NCBI GenBank assembly: GCA_032718475.1 | Contig: JAUCBJ010004334.1 | Coordinates: forward strand, 62,001 to 126,000 | Source of the DNA: Nemertoderma westbladi | Taxonomy: Eukaryota > Animalia > Xenacoelomorpha | DNA length: 64,000 bases | Direction: 5' to 3' | Shown here: piece after piece, positions 48,169 to 58,400 of the stretch | Numbering within the stretch: position 1 is the stretch's first letter | Layout: each line of letters begins with the position of its first letter | The notes under the pieces: generated by a model | The model's database searches: none | Told to the model about the DNA's origin: nothing | Seen by the model: only the letters and a program-made list of their open reading frames with translations | Program-made: the position numbers and the translations under genes

Positions 48169-49227
48169 ATGGACAATCTTCACTGTGATTTTTGCTTCTC
48201 TGTGTTCACTAATTCAGATTGTAAATTGCATTGTGAGCTTTGTGGCTTCACATATCACTCACAATGTGGCACATGTCTCACCCAAAGCGAGGTGGATACC
48301 TATTTGAGCACGGTTGGTGGTCTGTGGTGCATTTACTGTTATTTGGAACTGTTTCCTTTTGGATATGTTAATAGTGATGATGACGATATATTTGGTGATT
48401 CGTCTACCCATTGTAATTTAAACTTCGACGACGATCTATCTAATTCTCCATTCAATGATATTGATCCTGACATAAATTTAGATAATAACAATATTTCTCG
48501 GGGTTATCACACAGCTGATACTTTTAATAAAGAATTCGGTAACTTAGAGAACTCTAAGTCGTTCTCGGCTTTTCATGTCAATAGCCAAAGCCTACCAACA
48601 CATAAGTGTGAAATATCAAATTTTTTCCAAACTTTGTCGAGTGATTTCGATGTGTTGACATTTTCTGAAACATTTATGAGCACTTCTTCGGACCCCTCAG
48701 AAATTACTTTTCCAGGTTATGAGTTGGTCTCACAGGATAGGCGTGACACAAAACGAGGCGGCACTGCAATTTTCATTCGAGATGAGTTCGATTTTATTGA
48801 ACGTACTGATTTACGAATATCGGGACCTGAGAATTGCTGGATCGAAGTAAAACGTCCCCATCCAAATAAACCTCTAATAATAGGATGTATGTATGTTTCC
48901 CAAACAGTTGACCGTAATAATTTTATCGATGATTTGGATAACTTACTATCCATGCTAGCTGATAAAGGCTATGACGTGATCATTACAGGTGACATGAACA
49001 TCAATTTAAAAAAACCTTGTAATTTAACTCTTAATTACCTTCAAACCATAAACTCAAACGGTTTTAAGCAGGTCATTACAAAGCCAACTCGCATTAAAAG
49101 TTCTCCACCATCTTTGCTTGACCATGTCATAACCAATATTAATACATCGATATCTAATGAGGGTGTTTTCCTAACAGAAATTGCCGATCACTTAACCGAC
49201 ATTCGTGATCTTAACAGATTATTCTAA
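48169..49227 (+). pseudogene. LINE ORF2 N-terminus: PHD finger plus AP endonuclease
   Basis: CDFC...CELC...H..C...CIYC, HVNSQS, FSET, GDMN, LLDH and ADH motifs. Frameshifts near 49200. No RT follows. Confidence 0.9.
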
Positions 49228-49799
49228 TTATTTCAGGCCTGATACTACGAACTTTATTTCTGATTATTCAAATTTTGATCATACAACATTTTTAGCTGAT
49301 TTGTCAGACATTGACACGTGGACCTATAATAACGCGAATAATCAGTTGAGATATCGCTTTGATATATTTTATTCAAATTTAGATGCAATATGTCAAAAGC
49401 ATGCCCCACGCAAAAAAAAATTCAAGTCCAGACATTCAGTCTCCTTGGCCATCCATTTGGTGGATCTGACTAAATGTCGGCTCGCTTTCATTTTTATTAT
49501 TGACAGATTGTTAACTTACCCGGCGCTGAACCTTGCAGTACTGGAGTCCGCCCACTCAGGCATTGATAGAGTACACAGTCTTCTAAAAGGAGTTGAATGG
49601 GGCTTCGTTAACGGAGGAGTACAGTACAATGAAAACACATGTAAAAACAGCAATAACAATTATGAGGAAAAACGGATTTATAAAAATTTTCAGAAATAAA
49701 ATCATTTCAGCTACACTCACGGACGGTAAGAAATTGGGTATAAGTAAAACTAAAATTTGGACCATGGATGATATGAACAATAATTAAATTATATCAGAT

Positions 49800-52535
49800 A
49801 TCAAAGTTACAGAAAGGCATAAAATCGAAATCAAGTAGCAAATGAGAAAATATTGAAATTGATAGTTTCAACAGTTTCAGACGGCAAGGAGTTCCAGAGC
49901 GGAACAACACGATTTGAAAAATAATGTTTGTATATCTGCAGCCGACAGCGAGGTACAAAAAGCTTTTGGTTGTGGCCTCTCAGACCTGAACGAGGCGGCT
50001 CAGAAAAGGGATCTAGGACACTTCCCCCCCGGACACTTGCCCCCCGGACACTTCCCCCCCGCCCAAGTAGGACACTTCCCCCCCGGACACTTCCCCCCCG
50101 GACACTTGCCCCCCGGACACTTCCCCCCCAGTTAAAGTGTTAAAATTAATCTGGGTGCATCAAAGCAATAAACAAAAGTTGAAGATGGTTACAGCTTACA
50201 GGACAAGTTGTATCTAGACAAGTTTTTTCATAATTATAAAAGAAACATTTTTATAGTCAAATTTTGTTTATTTTTCTTTTAATTCCTTTAATTCTTTTAA
50301 TTGGGGGCTGCCGCCCCCAAACCCCCGCTTCTTTTGTTGGGGGCTACCGCCCCCAAACCCCCGCTTCTTTTCATGGGGGCTGCCGCCCCCAAACCCCCGC
50401 TTCTTTTCTTGGGGGTTATCGTCCCCAAACCCCGGCATTTCCCTGAGTGCCCGTGGTGAAAGACTTAAGACCACTTTGAAATAATTAATTCATGTTTGTA
50501 TCATCAGATAATAAATTGACTAAGCCTAAAGTAGGAACTGTATTGAATGTTAACCAATTTAATATATAAATTACTACAATATTATATAATTCAACAAAAT
50601 CCTATTAAAAATATTGCAAGTAACCAGGAAATTTAATATGTAGTGTGTATAATATCTATATAGTATGTATAGTAGTAATATGTATATCAATATGTAATGC
50701 TGAACACAGAATAAAGGTCGACGCATGTCGATTTTACCCTGGAGAGGTATAATTTTGATTGCAACAATAATATTCATCCCCATCTGCTACAATTTGAAGA
50801 AGACTATTACATAATAATACCTATAATTAAAACAATTAATTATTATAATTCTATAGTTAATAAAAACAGTATATCATTCGGGGGATGGAATTTATAGGTC
50901 ATCTAATATAATTAATTGTTTAAAGATTAGCAAACAATACGATGTAATTGCATTGATAAAACCCATAAATAAAACTTGGATATAAAATGTAAAATCGGGA
51001 TACAAAAGATCACTTTCTGAGCTACGAAAGGAAAATTGGATACAAATTATCTGGATACAAGCGGTCCGTTTACCTTACAAAATGAAAAATACGAATGTGC
51101 GAAGTTAAGAACAGTCGGGGGGGAAGTGTCCGCGGGGGGGAAGTGTCTGGGGGGGAAGTGTCCGGGGGGGAAGTGTCCTACTTGAGCGGGGGGGAACTGT
51201 CCGGGGGGGAAGTGTCCGGGGGGGAAGTGTCCGAACACCCAGAAAAGTACTGGGCGCTCTCAAGAAAATAACTGATAAGGGCGCTGCTATGGTACAAGCT
51301 AGTTTAGAAAATAGAATAGCCGGGAACCCGTCCGGGGTGGAACTGTGTTTCGGAGCTAGTTTATGTAAAAAAAGTTAAAACATTTACAGGATTAAAATCA
51401 ACAGAAGATAAATTAACATTATAGGGTACTTTGCGGTTAAAATTTAAAGGCACATTATTGTCAGGGGTAAAATTTTCTGAAAAGACAGAGGAAAAAATGG
51501 TAGCCTTAGTTTCGTCATCAATTACTGTTTCACCTTTGTATTTCAGGGGGCCAATGTCCGATCTGTTGGAGTTCTTTTTCTTCAGGTACTGAAAGATCGC
51601 ATTTGTGTTTCCAGAACTGAGAATTCGGATTTCCCGCTCGCAGTCAGCACGGTGAGCGGCGCGGGAAGCTTGCGCTGCGACACATTTATACGCAGCCATA
51701 CCGCCTTCCGAGTGACGCCTGCGCCACAAGCGTTTCTTTGCTTTCTGTAAAATCTTGACGTAATGAGGGTACTTCTTTTGGTTGCTATCGTTACAAAATT
51801 CCTTGTAAGGAATATAAGTATTTATACCACTTTTCATAACCTTGCTAAATGCTAGGAAGAAATCGTTCACTGTTCTACATGAAGCAAACTCTTCTTCTTC
51901 CCATTTAATTGACCTCATAAATGACTTAAAACCTGTGTAGTCACCATTTGCGAAATCGTAAAAACCACGTGGCGCAGAGGTGTCCGAGCTGTCACACTGA
52001 GGTGAACCAATTATATCGAAGGACACAGTGGCGTGTTCGCTCGTAGAGAATGGAGCAGCCGTCGAAACGCTCGAGACAAAATGGTCATCCGTGGTAAAAA
52101 TAAGGTCTAGAACGTTGTCACCTCTGGTAGGCTCGTACTGGACCTGCGAGAGGCCTGATTCCAAAACGAAACTAAAAAAGTTGTTATAGATATCGTTGTC
52201 CGGGTGGGAAACATCAGTCCAATCGAACAGCGGCAGATTAAAGTCGCCAGTGATCACACACGGTTTGTTGGTGTCGCACAGGATGTTGAGAGCTTCACAA
52301 AGTCCGGTAGTAGTGTCAGGAACGCTGGGAACAGGTGGCGGACGGTAAGCGCATATTAATCGTGAAGAGCCGTCAATGAGGTCAATGGCTACAGCTTCTA
52401 TGTCCGTAGTTTGACGAGGAAGTGCAACAGGTATGCACTTTATCGAGTTCCGCACAAGGAGGGCCACTCCACCCCCAACCCGGTCGTGTCTGTCATGCCG
52501 GAAGACCCGGAAACGTTTGCTGCCAGACAACATTA
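49800..52535 (-). mobile_element. CR1 LINE remnant (EN plus linker joined to C-terminus, RT deleted), interrupted by a DNA transposon
   Basis: ORF 51361-52542 (RHDR..GGGVALL, YRPP, GDFN, LDLIFT), then PDGFPA...APLSVIF joined to LRGHNQKL...FSNRVVPLWNSLP at 49860-49990. Confidence 0.85.
50009..51239. mobile_element. Non-autonomous DNA transposon (MULE- or hAT-type, 1231 bp)
   Basis: 8-bp TSD CAGAAAAG at 50001-50008 and 51240-51247. Inverted terminal arrays of 15-bp GGACACTTCCCCCCC units. Internal repeat of about 39 bp, 4 copies, at 50302-50436. Confidence 0.88.
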
Positions 52536-52539
52536 GAAT

Positions 52540-53190
52540 CATTAGAATCGAGATTAAATCAAACTCTAGTAACCATGCTGTCTTGTCTATCTATACCGAT
52601 TCTGACCAATTACACTGTGATGAGTGTCTCCCAGCTGTACTTTTTGCGTATCGCACTTCTATACATTCAAACTGTCAATCAAACTCCAATTTTCCTTACC
52701 TATGGTCGTGAAGCAACATTACCTTCAGACGCTGTTTTACTTAAAGCGACCGACAATGCTAGTTTAGATGACTATACTAGACGACTAGCGAAAACAGTTT
52801 TGATCAGTAGGAAAAATACAGAGTCATTACAAAAACAAGCTCAATCTACTACTAGGATCGGCATGCTGCATTGCAGCTGCATTTTTAAGAATGCTGTGCC
52901 GGAATTCGTTCGGAATTCTAGATTCATTCGGAATTATCACAACATAGTTGTACCGCAATGTAAAGTAGGAAACTACGTATTCATAGAAGAATGGGAATGT
53001 CCCGTTGGTTTGTCACGAAAGCTCATAGCAAAATATCTTGGGCCTTACAGGGTACACGCAATTGAAGGTGAAAATTTACGGTTAACTAGGCCATGTCGTA
53101 AAAGTATAAGCGCCCTTATTCACCCCAACATGGTAAAACCTGCGCGTTTACGCTACAGTCTGTCTGATACCAGCCCCGCCAGCCACAGCC
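52540..53190 (+). mobile_element. Ty3/Gypsy integrase C-terminal fragment
   Basis: ESRLNQTLVTML / DECLPAVLFAYRTS / TPIFLTYGREATLP ... KVGNYV ... RKLIAKYLGPYRV (GPY/F module), frameshifted. Confidence 0.85.
52846..52902 (-). mobile_element. 57-bp extreme 3' end of the (TAG)n-tailed RTE family
   Basis: Reverse complement of 11891-11947 (CCGGCACAGCATTCTTAAAAATGCAGCTGCAATGCAGCATGCCGATCCTAGTAGTAG). Confidence 0.92.
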
Positions 53191-53194
53191 GCGC

Positions 53195-53502
53195 GTGGCT
53201 GTGGCTGTGGCTGTGGCTGTGGCTGTGGCTGTGGCTGTGGCTGTGGCTGTGGCTGTGGCTGTGGCTGTGGCTGTGGCTGTGGCTGTGGCTGTGGCTGTGG
53301 CTGTGGATGTGGCTGTGGTTGTGGTTGTGGCTGTGGCTGTGGCACCCCTCACTCCCTCCCTCACTCCCTCACTCCATCACTCCCTCACTCCCTCTCTCCC
53401 TCACTCCCTCTCTCCCTCACTCCCTCACTCCCTCACTCCCTCACTCCCTCTCTCCCTCACTCCCTCGCTCCCTCACTCCCTCACTCCCTCACTCCATCAC
53501 TC
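53195..53502. repeat. Compound microsatellite: (GTGGCT)n then (CCCTCACT)n
   Basis: Visible directly. The switch occurs near 53345. Confidence 0.95.
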
Positions 53503-56223
53503 AAATACAAAATGTAGTATTATTGCATAGCAACCAATTCATAGCTACTGTATGGTTTTTACTTTGAGACATTTCACCCTCTAGCAGCAGACTCGGAACT
53601 TCAGACTACTCTGTGACTCCGCAAAAAGATATAGTCTATATTGTAATAGATACCGATTGGGGGGTCAAAATTAAGTAATAATATATCTAAAAAAGTCTCA
53701 AACATCTTGCCTCATGGCTCGCCCCTCAGAACTCTTAAGCAATATAGCTTCATAGTTTTTAAGGAAAACTGGTAAACGAGATTTGTAATTACGCATACCT
53801 CGCAGACTTAAGTAATTAATTATACAGTACAGTAGGTTAGATCGTTTTGAGAATAGTACCGTTGGAAACAGCGCCCTCGAAAACCTCAGTACAAATAAAA
53901 TTAATAAAGATTAACAGGATATAGCTTGTTATAATAAAACATAAATTATAATACAATAGAACAATTAGGGTTGTAAATAAAAACAAATTAAATAAATTGA
54001 AGATAAACTGTATATAACTTATGTATTAAAAGAGGGCCTTATTTAATTATTTGCGGTCAGGCGCGCAGGCTGCTTCACAACACAATGTGAAAGAATGCAA
54101 TCTATTGCAAACCAGATGTTTATTCTGATTTCTCAGGCGATTTGACAATGGTCTACATGATAACGAAGCTGGAGGTTTAAATAATTTAAAATTCGTGCAA
54201 CCCCATGTTGACATACAGTATAACTCAACATAGGATTCAATGGGATTAGTCATGCTACGTCTAATAAGAGCCAAGACCAACCTGTAAGGGTAAATTATGT
54301 TTTGGGCCCCGCTCGCATCTTTATATTTCATTCTACCTTTACCTTCTACTGTATGACAAAAATAATACAAATGTACTGTATACAGTATTGTATAATTGTT
54401 CCTATTGTATTGTATATTTCATCTACTGTAGTACAATCTATTCATCGCGCGTCCCTATCTGGTTGATTTGTGTCAAATTAAATTGCCTTTGGCAACATTA
54501 TTTGATACAAATCGATCGATTAAACAATTAATTAATTGTTTAATCAACCAATTAATTAATTGTTTAATTAATTAATGACCTACTTAACACCTAAGGTGCG
54601 AAGTAGGTCCAACTGTCGCCGAAATGGGTATACTCTTACTACTGATTTAATTTAATCATACATTATTTTGCTGTAATTGTCTTACAGATATTTGATTTAC
54701 ATTATTTTTGAGTTCTCGGATTTTCAGATGTAGTTATTTCAAAAGCTTATAAGTGAAGGTAGTAGACTGTCTGTGAAATAGGCAAATTCAACGAATTTGT
54801 AATTTCATATTTAAATTAAAGGTCGACACAGCTTTTTGCCTCATGATATTTTCCTACAGTATGTCACTTTCTTAATAATAATTGTAAGTAAAAAAGTTTA
54901 AATGGTAACTGGAAGTCAAACTATGTATTTATTATTTTACAACAATTTTATTTACTTTACTTTAATTGTGTAAAAGCTTTTGTGGGATAACTGATTCGTT
55001 TGCCTTGCTGGCCAGTTCCCCCCCGGTCGCTAGAATACTCTAAAAAGGATCTATAGGTAAAATAGTGCAAGCTACCAGCTTATTGGCTGATGGGCTGTAC
55101 GAAAGTATCTGGGTTCTGTTCGATCAGCCAACCAGCTTAGGGAGGTTGCCTTAGCCCTGCTGTCCGTATCGGCCAATAGAATTTGAGTGGGCGTTGATTT
55201 TGACCTATCCCAGAGCTACTGAACTGAATTTTCCTATCTCACTGCTCATCCTCTGTGTTGAACGGGAGCTTCGGGGAATAAGGGTAGTTGGTATCCTCGT
55301 ATAGTTAGGTAGTCATATGATTTTATATGATTCTGTTGTTGTGTTCCCATTTTTCGCCATAACACCGGCTTTTTGGGAAGAACTCTAGTAAAACTGCTTA
55401 AATTATCGAAAGTATAACTGTTATCCGATCAATCCGACCTAATTACTTATCTGATCTAATTAACTCACTATTAATCATATTGTTTGTACTGTTATTTACC
55501 GTCAGTTATTAATTGTATCTATTTGTTGATGGAAATATTGCTCTTTGGAGAATACGGATAAATCACCCAAATTTCCCAATTTTCTTGATACACTACAGGT
55601 TAGAGAGACAGGCTATATATAACAATTGCGATTTATATCAATGTGGTGTGTATTGAATCTAATGTTATTTAGCAGACCCTACATGAGTCAATTGCTGCTC
55701 TCTTTATGTGTGATCAAATTTACTGACGGTCGGCAAAATAGTGTGCATGATTGTGATTGGTAACAAAGCATTTCCTAAAGAATGCGCCTTATACTTTAAT
55801 CATAAGCAGTATCGTTGCGTTTAGTATAAGTCCTAGCTCTGTTTAAATAGATAGAGCGCCACGTCCTAAAGGAACTGTTAATATTTCCCGAAAGCCAATA
55901 ATATCTGTCAGAAATTAATTAATAACGATCAATCGAATAATACAGTAGGTTTACACTGCAACCTTACACTGCAATAATAAAATTTAAGCAGCCGAATTCA
56001 GCCTCCCGGGTGTAGATCCATCGGGTGAATGATTGCGCATGGGCTGGCTTCGGGTAATGTTTTGTTTATTAGCATAAAATATTGTCGTATGCTAAAGGTG
56101 TTTTAATTAACTAAAAGACATATAAATTTTGGCAGGTTAAACTGCTAAAGGTCTTCAAAAGCGCGAACAATAACAGTTATCGATCTTATTACAGTAGGCA
56201 ATAAGGTTGCAAGATACCGTAGT

Positions 56224-56352
56224 AACCGGTACTTCTGTAGGTCAGTAGGCCCAACTGCCAGAACCGGTACTGCTGTAGGTCCGTAGGTCCAACTGCCAGA
56301 ACCGGTACTTCTGTAGGTCTGTAGGCCCAACTGTCCTAACCGGTACTGCTGT
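56224..56352. repeat. 38-bp tandem repeat, about 3.4 copies
   Basis: AACCGGTACT(T/G)CTGTAGGTCNGTAGG(C/T)CCAACTGCCAG. Confidence 0.9.
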
Positions 56353-56519
56353 ATCAGTACATTAGTATTATTCGATTTTGATTATTGTATACCGGTAGGT
56401 CTCGATATTAAATCGGGGACGCCTGGTTTTTATTGGGATTTTACTTAGGTCTATTTCTGTCAGTTTTATTTCCTAGTAAGTTAATATTGAGCTGAAGACG
56501 TGTAAGTCTGCTCAGATTG

Positions 56520-57100
56520 TTCAGATAATTGTAGGCTGAACTGCTGTCTGACTGTTGTTGGGTTTGGAGAGATTACGGCGTGTGTAGAGTTTGTCTGATA
56601 AAGTGCCGTTAGTAAGTTGGGGCAGCCATATGCTGTAAGGTCAATCCCCTCTTAAAGAATAAGTCGTACTACCGTGTTAGAACGCATACTAACTAACTGT
56701 TTCAGAATCTGCATATACTGTAGTTTATTTAGGCTTGATCGTAGTCTGCCAGTGTTTTAGCCTGTGTTTGTTTGTGTGGTCTGTTCAGGTACCGTAATAG
56801 TTATTACTCAGATATTTTGTAGGCTGGATTGTTGTCTAGCTATTATTAGGTCTGAAGAGATTGCTGTGTGTGTGGAGTTTGTCTGATAAAGTGCTGTTAG
56901 TAAGTTGGGGCAGCCATATGCTGTAAGGTCAATCCCCTCTTAAAGAATAAGTCGTACTACCGTGTTAGAACGCATACTAACTAACCATTTCAGAATCTAC
57001 ACGTACGGTCGTTTATTTAGGCTTGGTGGTAGTCTGCCAGCGTTTGGTTTGTATTTTATTTGAGTATTCTGTACGGGTAGCGTAATATTTATTATTCAGA
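56520..57100. repeat. 288-bp diverged tandem duplication with a near-identical 111-bp core
   Basis: The cores at 56587-56697 and 56875-56985 differ at one base. The flanks carry many substitutions. Confidence 0.9.
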
Positions 57101-58400
57101 GTTTATGCGATTATTCGCAACATTCATGTCCCCAAGTTTATTCCTACAGTAATTGTGCTTGTTATACATACCGTTATAGTTAAATTAACCCCGGTACTAC
57201 ACGGGCTGCTTGGCGTAGGACAAGACTGGTGACATTGTGCCCTGGTCACTCCAGCAGATGCCGTGGTTCTTTTAACTGTTCAAGTATATTTAACTACTGA
57301 TTATTTGTTATACCGGTACTTGTACCTAATTTAGGGTTTAGTGTACAGTGCTTTCCGAAGTAATTAGGGTGTATTTGTGTTGTAAAGTGGTTGATAGGCA
57401 CATTCGTTAGCTCTATTAACTTCTGGGTAGGAACACTCCGTGATACATAACGTAGTACCTATAGCGATACGGTTATAGGTCTTCAGGCGGTGGTATTTTC
57501 CTATCTGGACAGTACAGTATATTTACTACTACTTATTATTTCAAATACCGTAGTACCCTGTCCGTTGTAATAACCAGAATTCTAACCCTTTGTTAGGCTG
57601 GTTTGTAGACTTCCTGTAAAATTACCCTAAAAATTTCGTACGTAATATTTTTGTTGTGTTTAATTAGAGAATTAATCTCACCCATATCGTAAGTAATTTG
57701 TAGTATTAAGTAACTTAAGTAAATTAGAATTATCAGTTTTAGTGTCAAATAAATAGCACTTCACTGAGAGCGCACAGCTTCTGTGTAGTGACCCCCCAGA
57801 AATAATAACATTTATTTCAAATATTGACAAAACCCTTTTAAACGGGTATATATCTATTATAAATCAACTCAAACGATTTATAAATAGTAGGCCTGCCCTA
57901 CAACAACTAGGTCTCAATATCAGTTGAACTACTGCTTAAATAACGGTAATAAAGTAAGTTAAAGTAACCAAGTAACCCTAAAATATTCAGAAATTCAATT
58001 ATTCTAAAATAATTGACATACCGGTATTTACCATAGGCTTATTATATTTATTTCTATAAATTTGAGCTGAAATCATACCGGTATTCTGTAATTAATTCTA
58101 GTTCATAATTATACTTATATATACTATAAGTGTAAGCTGTATACCGGTATTTACGATAGGCCTATTATATATTTATATATATTTGTGCTAAATTTATATA
58201 CCGGTACTCTGTGACAAATCTAGTCTGTAATAATACTTATAAATATTATAAGCATACCGGTATTCTCATATATTGTATATACATCACGTTACACTGAGTA
58301 ACGGTATCGGTAATAAATCGCTAGGCTTGCGGTCATACTGAATTACCAGACTTGCTTTAACTGAAACTATAGTAGTAGACATTCAACTGTATAGCTAAAC

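Larger units (their letters stand above)
44701..49425 (+). mobile_element. 3'-truncated two-ORF CR1-group LINE
   Basis: ORF1, a 1.4-kb spacer, then a PHD-EN ORF2 start with the same LFPF/IDPD motifs as 32322-33311. The ends are approximate. Confidence 0.8.

Noticed and set aside
49914-51238. Collagen-like GHFPP repeat ORFs
   Set aside because: They are translations of the 15-bp subterminal repeats of the DNA transposon.
53116-53567. Poly-PQ, poly-VA, poly-WL and poly-AT ORFs
   Set aside because: These are translation artefacts of the (GTGGCT)n and (CCCTCACT)n microsatellites.
54047-54370. hAT transposase fragment (RLRNQNKHLVCNRLHSFTLCCEAAC)
   Set aside because: Only a loose resemblance to the CxxH region, with no supporting flanking motifs.
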